Assembly: GCA_016748015.1 (NCBI GenBank)
Contig: JAAOMT010000276.1
Span: forward strand, 310,001 to 374,000
DNA: 64,000 nucleotides
Source: Geosiphon pyriformis uo1
Lineage: Eukaryota; Fungi; Glomeromycota
Direction: 5' to 3'
Positions 24,101 through 35,297 of this stretch are shown piece by piece. The position numbers were made by a program, and so were the translations under genes. Every line of letters starts with the position of its first letter. Position 1 is the first letter of the stretch. The notes beneath the pieces were generated by a model that saw nothing but the letters and a program-made list of their open reading frames with translations, searched no databases and was not told the DNA's origin.

Positions 24101-24369
24101 TAAGTCCAGCCAAAAAGAACTATAGAACACCAGCACTGGAACATTTAGCAATCTATTGGGCAGTCATGAAATGGAGAAAATATTTGAGCCAAAAGTTTGA
24201 AATATATACGGATCACAAGAGATTGACTTCAATCCAGAAACAAGAATTTGTAGATGATTGCCATGTCAGATGGAAAATAGAACTTTTACTATTCAATTAT
24301 ACAGTACATTATAAAAAGGGAAAAGACAATGAAAATGCTGATGGATTGTCACAAATGAGGCAAATCTAA
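18158..24369 (+). pseudogene. Gypsy-1 gag-protease-Cys-rich-dUTPase-RT-RNase H polyprotein (disrupted)
   Basis: gag WLNNVEKAIIANG..; zinc knuckle CYYCGKQEHLRIDC (about 19890); protease LILDSGSAGSII; RT SPVVLV..., MPFGL, YLDD, FLGHVV; RNase H TTDASGQALGAVLSQ...LEHLAIYWA...YTDH...NENADGLSQ. Confidence 0.9.
22130..22555 (+). pseudogene. Trimeric dUTPase domain within Gypsy-1 pol
   Basis: Motifs AGFDL, FKSSL (from RSS), GGIIDTEYIG, KIAQAI, and decayed R-G-x-x-GFGST (KRI*RFRST). Confidence 0.85.
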
Positions 24370-24401
24370 AAACATTTCAACTCAAAAATATATAACAAAA
24401 G

Positions 24402-25778
24402 ATGAACACACAAAAATACCAACAACTCTAGCATTATATAAGTACTCAATCATTCAAGGAGAAATTATCTCAAAAAGAACAAAACAACATAAAACAACAA
24501 TCAAAATATTTCATCAATCATCAAAATATACTTTACCAGAAAAGCAGAAGAAATCCAGACCAACCAACCAGAGTAATTACAGAATCAGAAAAAAAAACAA
24601 TATTGTTTAATATGCACTCAGATCCAACAGCAGGACATTTTCATAAAAAAGCAACCATAGAAAGAGCCAGAAAAAGATATTATTGGCCATCAATGTATTC
24701 AGATATCATCCAATATGTTCAAAGTTGTAATGCTTGTCAAAGAAGAGGTAAAACAAGACCAAGTAAACCATTAAGACCAATCAAAGTGGAACAACTATTT
24801 AATTACATTGGAATTGACTTAGTCGGACCATTAACAATCACCAGCAGAGGCAACAAATATATCACAGTAGCCATGAACTATCTCACTAAATGGCCAGAAG
24901 CAAAAGTCATTCAAAGAGCAGATGCAGAATCCATTGTCAGATTTGTTTATCAAGATTTGATTTGTCAACATGGATGTCCAAAAGAACTATTATCAGATCA
25001 AAGAACTTACTTTGTGAACAGAACATTAGCAGAATTAAGTCAGAGATTTGGAATCAAAAGACCATTATTATTATCATACTATCTACAAACAAATGGGTTA
25101 GTTGAGAGGTTTAACCAAACATTGTGTGAAGCAATCACCAAGATCAGTCAAAAAAATCAGGATGAATAAGATTTGTTTATACCATCAGTATTATTTGCTT
25201 ATTGAACAATGAAGCAAGATATTATACAAGCAACACCATTTGAATTAGTATATGGTAGAACAGCAACATTACCAGTTAAGATAAAAGTTACTACTTATCT
25301 AACAGAACCAATAACTGAAGACAATTTTTAGGAAACATTGTTAAGAAGAACATATGACTTAATGAAAACATTAGAAAATAAATGGCAAAAAGCAGCTGAT
25401 AACATTCAAAAGTCACAAAAAAAACAAAAAGAAAGACATGATAATCAACTACTAAACAAACCAGTTGAATTCAAGATTGGAGACAAAATACTTTTACATT
25501 GTACCAAAGTAGAAAAACAATGGAGTGGAAAATTTGACCCCAAATGGGACAGACCATTTCACATAGAAGAAATTCTTGGAAATAGAGCTTATAAATTAAG
25601 ATGGGACAACAAAATCTTAATTAAAGCAGCACATAGTGATTGACTAAAATCATATCACCAAATAGCATCATTATCCACCAATAATATTTCACAATTAAGA
25701 GTACAATGAATACTAGTTTAACCAGATAAGATTCCATGAGATTTGGAACCAATCATAATTATTGGACCAAACATATAA
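24402..25778 (+). pseudogene. Gypsy-1 integrase encoded as a separate ATG-initiated ORF
   Basis: ATG 24402 MNTQKYQQL; HHCC (HSDPTAGHF..CNAC); GIDLVGPL, SDQRT, NGLVERFN; GPF-like WDRPFHI; ends EPIIIIGPNI* at 25778. Confidence 0.85.
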
Positions 25779-25814
25779 TATCAAACAAGAAAAGAATATA
25801 TAAAAACACAGTAT

Positions 25815-26474
25815 ATGCGACAAAGGCAACCAAGAAAAATAGAAATACCAGATCATATTCATGTCATAGCTCAACAATTATTCCAGGCCTTAAGTCAACA
25901 ATCTTTAGACATGAAAATTATCATTAACAACCAAACAATTTGCTATCAAAACACCAAAAAAAAAACAAAGAATACACTATATCAGCAGTTACCAAAGAAT
26001 GATAAAAACTGGTTAGATAACATAATAGAAAAAGTAAAGAACACTTTTGGAAAAATACCTATTATGGCACTAACAGAAAAACTTACAAAAGAGAATTGAA
26101 AGCAATAGACAAAACAACTTCCAATATTATACTGTTACTATCAGTTAGATCGAAAGTTGAATATTCAAGAGTTGTATATTGACAAATCCAAAAAGAGAAT
26201 TAACCAAAACATAATACAGCAAATTGAAAACTTTATTGAGAAAAAGACAAACTCAACACTACATGTAAGAACAATTTATTGACTACACAACATATTTTAG
26301 AACTATCCAGAAATACTGTTACACTCTAATATGGAAACCATAACCATTAACCAATAGGGAAAAATAAACAATGTACAAGTAGAAGACATGAAAAATAAAG
26401 TCAAACAAACAATACTAGAAAAAAAAATATTAGAGCTAATTCAGAATAAAGATTTCGATAGAGCTTAATATTAA
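25815..26474 (+). pseudogene. Gypsy-1 ORF3, an uncharacterised ~220-aa ORF between integrase and PPT
   Basis: One frame from ATG 25815 to DFDRA*Y* with only transition-type stops. Its C-terminus is homologous to the tail of Gypsy-2 ORF 28314-29048. Confidence 0.7.
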
Positions 26475-26488
26475 AAAAGAGAAGATAA
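26473..26488 (+). promoter_or_regulatory. Polypurine tract of Gypsy-1
   Basis: aaaaaagagaagataa immediately before the 3' LTR; compare aaaggaggggataa in Gypsy-2. Confidence 0.75.
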
Positions 26489-27344
26489 TGTTACTCATAA
26501 AAAGAAAACAGATATAGAGAAAATAGTAGACCAATAAGTGAATAGTATGTAACACATGAGCACATTGCTTAACAATGTAGAGCAATGATAGAAATCATGG
26601 CACATTGCTTAGCAATGTGGAGCAATATCAGAAAACATGGCACATTGCTCAGCAATGTAGAGTAATATTAGAAAATAAGAGCACATCACTCAGCAATATG
26701 AGCATTGCTCAAAAAATTATAGCACATCACTTGGAAATATGAGTGATCTCATAGAACATTAATTATGTATATATAGTGGTAGCATTAGAAGTAAAAAGAG
26801 CAGAATCCATCAGTTTGAAACCTTTTACATTACAAATATTAATAAATAATTATCCACTATTTCAATCCACTCTCCACTATTAACACTTCATGTTGATAGT
26901 AATTGATACTTAACCACACTGGAACAATAGCTCTTGATCATGGCTATTGACAGGATACTAATTTGCAATTGCTTTTGTTTATTTTTTTATCTTCTTTTGT
27001 TTGCTTTTATTTCTTTTGTTATTTCTTTGGTTTTACTAAATTGATTACAGATTAAGCACTGAGATACAGATGTCATAGGGACTGATAAAAGACCTGTGAA
27101 ACAAGGATAGAACACTCATAGATTTGAGGATAGCTTACCAGGAGAATTACTGGCCACCATGCTAAGAAAAAAATTTGATGGAATTGCGATTCCGGAAGGC
27201 TACTGAAAACAACTATCAAATCTCTGTCCATTATACAAAAAACTTCACAACCAAAACCTTCAGATATTAACACCCAAGTACCAACTAAACACCAAGTTAC
27301 AGATTTGTTATTTGACTTAAAACCCCAAATAATCATCTGTAACA
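26489..27344 (+). repeat. Gypsy-1 3' LTR
   Basis: 856-bp direct repeat of 17242-18097. Confidence 0.95.
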
Positions 27345-27433
27345 CCATATTTAAACTCTTACTTATTACTATATTTACCTCTTAATTTTGTGATAAAAAA
27401 ATTACTAATAGTTGACAATCAGAACTAGACTGG
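27345..27433 (-). pseudogene. Old LINE copy, piece 2 (89 bp of ORF1 between the two Gypsy insertions)
   Basis: Matches about 58725-58812 of the younger LINE (ttactatatttacctcttaattttgtg...agttgacaatcagaactagactgg vs tcactatatcttccccttgattctgc...agctgacatccagggctagactgg). Confidence 0.75.
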
Positions 27434-28300
27434 TGTTACAGGATGGTTTTCTTGTTATATTTAATTGCTGATATCCCACTTTAATTGCAATCAGTCTTTC
27501 ATGAGTTTCTCAATTCTATTTGTGTGATAATGTCACTGTTACACTGAAGGCTTTCTTTTTACTGTTGCAATATAAGTTATTCTTTAATTCTTGATTGTTG
27601 TGTGTGTTTATGTACTCCTTTTCAGAGGCTGAACTGAAATCTATCCACTGTTTGGGGTCTTCTCTGAGGCTATCTTTGCAATTGCCTGATGTGTTTCTCT
27701 AATCTAAAAACACAGAATGTTAATGGTCTTTAGCACTTTTCTAATTTTCACAATAAAGCTTTTCTCAATTAGTAACAACGTGAATAATCTTGATCAAGGA
27801 TTATTCTTCCAAGGGATTCAGTTGATGAACGATAGTTTCATTCAATAAATAATACAAGTAAGTTTCTTAATACTTTGGGTTGTAATAGTTCTATTTTAAA
27901 TATTCTTTTTCATTTCTTTTTGATTTTTAAAGGTTTCTTGGGATATTTAATTTGAAAGTATGATTTAAAGTGGAGTTTGTTGGATAAAATTGGATCTGTT
28001 GCTTGATAAGTTATGATTTTTATTACTTGATTGATTATTTCCCAATATTAAAACTACTGTATATATACATGTTTGTAGTTCTATGAAAAAATACTTTCTT
28101 TTTGATATTTCAACCTAGTGTTTGCTGCTATCACCAGTTGGTGTTGGCTGCTATTGTGAACTGGTGCTTGCCACTATTGTGAAATGGTATTTGCTACTAT
28201 GTTAATCATTACCTTTCTAAGATTATTACTGTGCTATATTATGATTGAATAATTTGTATTATTTTTATGATTCTTTTTGCTAAATTCTTAAACCGTAACA
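27434..28300 (-). repeat. Gypsy-2 3' LTR
   Basis: Direct repeat of 35298-36164; contains four ~21-22 bp tandem units ggtgtttgctgctat (about 28117-28200). Confidence 0.95.
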
Positions 28301-28314
28301 TTATCCCCTCCTTT
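28301..28314 (-). promoter_or_regulatory. Polypurine tract of Gypsy-2
   Basis: Minus strand reads AAAGGAGGGGATAA, then TGTTAC. Confidence 0.85.
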
Positions 28315-29048
28315 CAAGATTGAGCTCCGTCAAAATTGAAGTTAATTTCTTCATTAAATTCTAAGTTACTATAGTGGTTCAATACTGTGTTATTAATTTG
28401 TTGTTGTAATTCTTGAAATTGCAAGTTGGTAAGTTGTCTAATACTGTTGGTTGTTATTATGTTCATGGTTGGGTCCAACAATAATTTGTGACAGTTTTCA
28501 TGTACAAATTGAGCTACGGAAATAGCATCAGCTGTTTTAATAGCTCTAGCTTCTGGCCATTTGGTGAGATAGTCCATGGCTACTGCAATATAACGGTTGT
28601 TTCTTGTTGTTATTGGTAAGGGTCCAACTAAATCAATTCCGATTCTATCAAATGGCTGTCCAACTTTTATTGGTCTTAATAATTCCATTGTTTTTGCTCC
28701 TCCTCTTCGTTGGCATGAGTCACAATTTTTTATGTATTGGATTATGTCTGAACTCATTTTTGGCCAATAGTAATGGCTAGTTGTATGTTGGATGGTTGCT
28801 GTTTTTCCAAAGTGGCCTGAATAAATATCTGAGTGCATGTTAAATAAGATAGTTTCTTTTTCATCTGTGGTTATAACTCTTAATGGATTATCTGGATTTT
28901 GTTGATTCCAGTAATAAAGTATGTGATTTTGGATGAAATAGTGTTTTGCTAATTTTTGGAGCTTAATTAGCTCTTTTACTGGCATTTCTTCATCTATTTG
29001 TAGTGTTTCCAAGTATTGGCTGAGGTTTTTGTAAAGGTGGTTGTTCAT
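28314..29048 (-). CDS. Gypsy-2 integrase N-half fused in frame to the ORF3 C-terminus (deletion product)
   Basis: MNNHLYKNL...HSDIYSGHF..CDSC..GIDLVGPLP..KWPEARAI..VAQFVHE, then an abrupt switch to NCHKLLLDPTMNIITTNSIRQL...FDGAQS*. The second D and the E of DDE are absent. Confidence 0.8.
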   Translation of the reverse strand: MNNHLYKNLSQYLETLQIDEEMPVKELIKLQKLAKHYFIQNHILYYWNQQNPDNPLRVITTDEKETILFNMHSDIYSGHFGKTATIQHTTSHYYWPKMSSDIIQYIKNCDSCQRRGGAKTMELLRPIKVGQPFDRIGIDLVGPLPITTRNNRYIAVAMDYLTKWPEARAIKTADAISVAQFVHENCHKLLLDPTMNIITTNSIRQLTNLQFQELQQQINNTVLNHYSNLEFNEEINFNFDGAQS

Positions 29049-30914
29049 TGTTGTTGTGGTGGGTGGGTTGGTGATTTTTTTTATGTGTGTCTCATTCTTG
29101 ACAAACAGTCGGCATTAGCATTTTTGGTATCTTCTTTGTATTTGATAATATAATCGTATGGTGCTAACATTTGTGACCATCTGGCGTATTTTCCTTTTAG
29201 CGCTTTCTTGTTATTTAACCAGACCAGACCTCTATGATCTGTTGTAATCTCAAAGGGTTGGTACCGTAAATATGTGTCAAAGTGAACACAACTCCAGACT
29301 ACTGCTAAGCATTTAAGTTCATGTGCTGCATAGTTTTGTTCTGCTGTACTGAGACTTCTGCTGGCATAAGCGATTACACATTCTCTTCTATTATCATCTT
29401 TTTGTGACAGAATGGCTCCAAGTCCAGTTCCAGAGGCATCTGTGGCCAAAATGAATTTCTTATTGAAATTCGGATAAATCATTATTGGTGATTCAATGAG
29501 CTTTTGTCTAAGGTACTCAAAAGCTTTTTGTTGTGTTTCAGTCCATTCAAACTTCACATTTTTAGATAGTAGGTAATTAAGGGGTTTGGCGATGTTTGAA
29601 AAGTTTTCTACAAAGCGGCGGTAGTAAGATGCGAGTCCTAAAAAGCTTCTAACTTCTGAAATGTTTCGAGGTACTGGAAAATTTTTCACTTTGTCTATTT
29701 TTGATGGATCTGGTTTTATTCCATCTTTTCCAACTACATGTCCTAAAAATGCTAGCTCATTTTTCCCAAAGAAACATTTTTCTAGATTTAGTTTAAGTCC
29801 AGCGTGTCTCAATCTCTCAAAAACTTGTTGTAAATGTTGGAGATGATCCGTGAATTTTGACAAGAAAACATTTGTATCATCCAAGTAGACAACAACGGAT
29901 TGCCACAGGATTCCAGAGTAAATTACGTCCATTAGTCTTTGGAATGTCGCGGGAGCGTTTGTTAATCCAAATGGCATTACATTGAACTCATAATTGTCAT
30001 TTTGTGTTGTAAATGCTGTTTTATGCCTGTCCTTTGGGTCCATTTCCACTTGCCAGTATCCACTGGTCAAGTCCAGTGTAGAAAACCATTTTGCTCCTCC
30101 AAAAACGTCGAAGATTTTGTCAATTAACGGTATTGAGTATGAGTTTTTGGTTGTTTTACTGTTTAGTTTGCGATAGTTGACGCAAAATCTAATTTTTCCG
30201 TTTTTTTTCCTTACTAAAACAACTGGTGAGGACCATAGGCTCATTGATGGTTGTATTATTCCTTTTTCCAACATGCTTTGGACTTCTTTTCTGATAAAAT
30301 TATGCTCCATTGATGGAACACAGTAAGCGCGTTGTTTTTCAGGTCTGGCGTCTCCAGTGGGGATTTGGTGTTAAACCAAGTTGGTTCTTCCAAATTCGCT
30401 ATTTCTTGAAAATATATCAGAGTATTTTAAAATTAATGCTTTTAATTGTCACTGTTGGTCAGGATCCATTGTTCCAATGTTTAATTTGGCCAATTTTTCT
30501 GGCGTAAATTGATAGCATTCTACTGGTTGTTGCCAATTTATTGAAGTGAGTTCACAGTAGAGGGCGATTTCTGGGAAATTTAGAATTTCTTGTGGTGTTG
30601 ACGCGTTTTCTAGCTCCGTTCCGAGGTATCCAATAATGGTATCTTCCAGAATGTAGATGGGTTCTTCTGTGGTGTTTGCAATAGGAATTTTTATCTATTG
30701 AGCTTTATCAGCTGGAATAAAAAGGTTAGTAAGTCTTATGAGAAACTGTTGGCAAGTTTCTGGGTAGGGCTCAAATATTAGGTCTTTTTCTTTAATTGTC
30801 CTTTTTATTCTTATTTCTGATTTTCCATATGGTAGGAGTGTGATGGACCACTCATTTTTAATTACTTCGTCTTTTTCCTCTATTGTTTTAGCGAAATTCG
30901 CTTCAATTCTTTTT

Positions 30915-31330
30915 CCTGTCGATCTGAAACCAAAAGTTCCTCTCGTTGTTTGTGACAATTCCTCATGATTTTCCACTGGCACGAATTTCCCAATTTTTAC
31001 CAATGGTAGGAAAATTGCTTGTGCAATCTTTTCCTTAGATTCAATGGTATAAGGCTTTTCTGAATTGTTCTGTAGCAAAACCATCAAATTTCCAGTAAAT
31101 CCAGAGTCAATTACTCCTCCTTAAACGCTTATTTTTTTTTTGTGAGGCTTGATCGCGATGCCATTTGAACCATTATTCCTGGCGGAATTTCAACCACTAT
31201 TTTTAGGTCGATTTTGGTGATGCTCCTGGGTGGTAACGTTGTGAATTGGTCTTCTGGATAACATAGATCGAATCCGGCGTCGGTTGGATGGGCTCTTTCG
31301 GGTATTATTCCTAAGTGCCCGTTGTCGAAG
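30915..31330 (-). pseudogene. Trimeric dUTPase domain within Gypsy-2 pol
   Basis: Motifs PTDAGFDL, ASRSSL, GGVIDSGFTG, KIAQAIF, TRGTFGFRSTG. Confidence 0.9.
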
Positions 31331-32342
31331 TATCGGATGTCGGTCACCTGTTCTAGGTCAGTATAGGCTACAAATTTTTTTGACTCGGGACCGTCAGATG
31401 AGTCTTGTTGATTTATTGATTGATTTTGAGACTGCTGATTCTCAATTTCCATTTTTCTTTCTAAGTCTCTTTCGTCTTGACACTTTTCACAGCACTGATT
31501 TTGGTATGGGATGAGACAGTTTTCGCAGAGGTAAGTGTTGATTTGGGCGAGGTATTGTTCTTGCTCTTGTCAAGTGGGGCATAGTTGTTGGTAGTAGTCC
31601 TGGAATTCGTCTACTGGGTCGAACATGTTGTAGCTGGCGACTTCGTCGGCTACTTTGGCTGACTCTTTCCAACGTCGTATTTCTTCGGCGGTTCCTCTTC
31701 TTACTTTGGCTTGTGCGGTGTTGTACAATTTGTCCTCGTTGTGTGGGTAGTGCTGTAGTCTTTTTAATGCTCTGTTGAATGCTGCTTCGAACGGTGTTCC
31801 TCCTCTTACCCAGTCACAGATGAGGATCGTGTATTGGCAAGTTGCATCACACGTTCCTCCTCTGTCTGGTAAGTCATTCCAGTTGCACCCTCTTGGTAAC
31901 GGTTCTCCACAAGCGAGGCACGGTTCCTCGTCCCATTTTCCATGTCTTTCTGGGTAACCGTATTTTTCTTTGTTACAACGGTTATAATAATAGTGGGTGG
32001 GGTTTCTTGGGTCTTCGTCCGGTGCACTGCACGCAGTCATAGACAAGAGTTTCTTCTTGCAAACTGAGCATTCTAGCTTTGGTCTGCGTCACTGGTGGTT
32101 TCTTCGTGAACTTACCTGGTTCTATTCGGATTTTTCTTCGCTGGTCCACGTTGGTATGGCTGGTAGTCCTGTTCTTTGGTCATCAGCCCAAGAGAGCTGA
32201 TAGGTTTTGATGGCTGGTAGTGCTGAAATTTCCTCAAATTCGAAGGTAGGTCTTTGGTTGGCACTGGGTTTTTGGAAGTGGCCACAGGTGGCTAGAATTT
32301 TGGCCTGGTGGCCATTATAATTGATCAGAAGCTCTTGGGTGG

Positions 32343-32362
32343 NNNNNNNNNNNNNNNNNNNN
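32343..32362. other. Scaffold gap (20 N) flanked by a 539-bp duplication (31804-32342 = 32363-32901)
   Basis: Identical sequence and identical ORFs on both sides of the N run indicate an overlap artefact. Confidence 0.9.
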
Positions 32363-34067
32363 TCTTACCCAGTCACAGATGAGGATCGTGTATTGGCAAG
32401 TTGCATCACACGTTCCTCCTCTGTCTGGTAAGTCATTCCAGTTGCACCCTCTTGGTAACGGTTCTCCACAAGCGAGGCACGGTTCCTCGTCCCATTTTCC
32501 ATGTCTTTCTGGGTAACCGTATTTTTCTTTGTTACAACGGTTATAATAATAGTGGGTGGGGTTTCTTGGGTCTTCGTCCGGTGCACTGCACGCAGTCATA
32601 GACAAGAGTTTCTTCTTGCAAACTGAGCATTCTAGCTTTGGTCTGCGTCACTGGTGGTTTCTTCGTGAACTTACCTGGTTCTATTCGGATTTTTCTTCGC
32701 TGGTCCACGTTGGTATGGCTGGTAGTCCTGTTCTTTGGTCATCAGCCCAAGAGAGCTGATAGGTTTTGATGGCTGGTAGTGCTGAAATTTCCTCAAATTC
32801 GAAGGTAGGTCTTTGGTTGGCACTGGGTTTTTGGAAGTGGCCACAGGTGGCTAGAATTTTGGCCTGGTGGCCATTATAATTGATCAGAAGCTCTTGGGTG
32901 GTCCAGTTTAGGGTGGCGTTGGCTTTTGTTAGCCAGTTATTCCCTACTAACGCTTGATATTGTGTAGCGTCCATTACTAATACTTTTGTAAGTATTACTA
33001 TGCCGTTAATTTCAAAAGGGAATGAGTCGATTTTGCCATGAGGCAGCTTTGTACTTCCATCGGCTGTTATGATTTGGGACGTCACAGCACAATCAACTTT
33101 AAAACCCAGTTGGTTTACTAGTTGAAGCGTTACGATGCTTCCAGTGGATCCGCTGTCTAAGATAAGTTTGATTGGGGTATTGTTTACAGTGGCTTCCATA
33201 TACATAGCAGTGATTGGGCATTTTTCGTCCAATGCTGTTCCACTGAACATAGTCTCGTTTTCCTCTAATTCAAAAGGAAAAATAGCTGCGAGGCTGCTAT
33301 CTTCGGTGGCAACTGCTGGTGGTATTGTCTGGCTCAATTTGGAGGAATTCTTGGTTCTGTTTATGTTTCTACCGTCATTGTTTCCGATGATCAGGTTTTC
33401 CGGTATATTAAGGTAAGTTTGTTGATAATTTTGGTAGTTTGGATTGGTTTGCTGATTGGTTCCAGCGCGGTTTGGATTCCTCTGGACCAACGTGTTCTGG
33501 TTCCACATGGGCTGATTTTGGGCCTTGGGACGCCAATTTGGGTTGGCTATCATGGGCTGTTGCTGGTAAGCTCCTTGATTTTGATACATGGTGGGATATT
33601 GGCGTGGTATTGGCATGTACTGGTTTCTGGGCATTTGGGGTGGTGTGTAGTAATTATTTTCGCGTGCTTCCTGCATCATTTGCGTTTGACATTGACTAAT
33701 CAAATGTCCTATGCATTTGCAAAAATGGCAGGCGCGTGTTTCTGTTCTGAATTCCTGGCGCGCCGAGCGATTATTTCGATTGTCGCTGACTTTCTGGCTG
33801 CGTCTTTGGGGTGGTTGGTATGTATTTTTTCTCGGATCCGGGATGAGGTAATTTTTTATTTTCTTAGAGAGTTCTTCCCCTAATCGCGTTACTCTTTTCT
33901 CTAATGTTTCTGTCTTATTTTCCTCCATTACCATGTTAACCATTTGACTATGGTTAGCTTCTTTCTCAGCCGATTCAAGGGCTCTGGCGAGCGTAACGGC
34001 TTCTGGTAAGGAATTAGGGTGGGCAGGGCATACTCTTCCTAAAATGCTGCTTTTTAATCCTCTAATA

Positions 34068-34087
34068 NNNNNNNNNNNNNNNNNNNN
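34068..34087. other. Scaffold gap (20 N) within Gypsy-2 gag
   Basis: N run; the gag segment present in Gypsy-1 between LQYFS and FIRGL is missing here. Confidence 0.95.
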
Positions 34088-35279
34088 GTTTGGGTCGCTA
34101 AAATACTCCAGGAGTGCATTTTTAAATTCGGCGAAGCTCATGGGTTTTGTTTCCAGGCTTTGATACCACGAGTTGGCTGTGCCTTTCAGGAAGAAAGATA
34201 ATGTTTGAATTGCTCTTTGGTCATTCCAGTTATTTGCCTGGATGGCTTTTTGTGCTTCTCTGAGCCATGTGTGCACGTCCATTTCTTTTTCCTCTCCTGA
34301 GAAATCTGTTAGTCTTGCAATGTATGGTGTGGTCATTTCATTGCCATTTTCTGCTGGTGGGTTTATTGGTCTAAGAGGAGGTGGGATGATATTTCCTTGA
34401 GCGTTCCTAAAGGTGGCTTCCCTTATATCCAGTTCTTCCTCTTGATCACGAGTTTCTTGGTTTCTGGACTGGCTGCTTGTTCCAGTGACTGGTCTTGTGA
34501 TTGTTTTTTCACTGGTCTCTTTTTCGGATTCCGATTCAGACTCCTCTTCATGGTTTTCAAACTCCGTTCTAAATTTTGGCTGAAAAAGAGAGTTTTGGAA
34601 TAGTGATGAATATCCTCCTGTAATTGGTATGTCTCCCCAGTTATGTTGTTTAATTTTATCAATATAACTAGGAGTTCTTGGCGTTTGTGAAGTTGATGTT
34701 GATGATGATGCAGCTCCTAATGGAATTTGTATCTTATTTTCTGGTGAAAAATGGTATGATTTATCTTCTGGTGAATAAATATGTTGTTTCTTTATTGATT
34801 GAGTGACAGTTTTCTTTGGTGTTTGAGCTGATGTTCCTAGTTTTTGCTGGTTACTTTCCTGATTAGTTTCTAAATTTTCTTTGGTTTTGTTGGTGCATTC
34901 CCTAGTGTTTCCTGTGGATATTGGAAAATTTTCGTTGGTGTATTGCTCAATTTCTCGATGGATTTTGACAATAGTTGTGGCTATTACTGCTACTTCTTTT
35001 GTAGTGTATTGTGATAATTCTCTATACAATCCAAGTTTTGCATCGTGTGGTTCTTCTTTCTTTCCTATATGATAATTTATTCTGGCATTGATATAATAAG
35101 TGAGAGCAGATTCTGCTAGACAACACCCTTCTGGTAATCCAAGATCACTTTGATTTTGTGTGTAAATAGCATGGCAGAATTCAAGAACAGTAAGATTAGG
35201 GGTTTTTGTCGCCACTTTTGTCTTTTCCTTTTTAGCAATGAATTATTGCTAATTATTATTTCCTTTTTGATTTTCTTTC

Positions 35280-35295
35280 CTCGTAGGGTTCACCA
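35280..35295 (-). promoter_or_regulatory. Primer-binding site of Gypsy-2 (tRNA not identified)
   Basis: Minus strand TGGTGAACCCTACGAG, 2 nt after the 5' LTR end GTAACA. Confidence 0.75.
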
Positions 35296-35297
35296 AA

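Larger units (their letters stand above)
17242..27344 (+). mobile_element. Gypsy-1: full-length Ty3/Gypsy LTR retrotransposon with dUTPase (decayed)
   Basis: 856-bp LTRs at both ends (TGTTAC...GTAACA), TSD CCAC/CCAT (one C>T), PBS, PPT, and gag-PR-RT-RH-IN order; many premature stops. Confidence 0.95.
29081..35215 (-). pseudogene. Gypsy-2 gag-protease-Cys-rich-dUTPase-RT-RNase H polyprotein (few stops, one A-run frameshift, two N gaps)
   Basis: Knuckle CHFCKCIGHLISQC; LILDSGSTGSIV; RT/RH ORF 30310-29081 with SSPVVLV, MPFGLTNAPATFQR, YLDD, ATDASG, TDH, NANADCLSR. Segments are in one frame across stops derived from TGG/CGA/CAA. Confidence 0.92.

Noticed and set aside
25736-25927. ORF starting at an ATGA overlap with an apparent integrase stop
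   Set aside because: The TGA is best read as a CGA>TGA mutation. The integrase frame continues DLEPIIIIGPNI* to 25778, and ORF3 starts at 25815.
25815-26474. env gene / endogenous retrovirus call
   Set aside because: No signal peptide, fusion peptide or transmembrane helix is visible; only the position is env-like.
31804-32901. Tandem duplication of the Cys-rich domain in Gypsy-2
   Set aside because: The two 539-bp copies appear identical and sit either side of a 20-N gap, in an element whose LTRs have diverged. This is a scaffolding overlap artefact.
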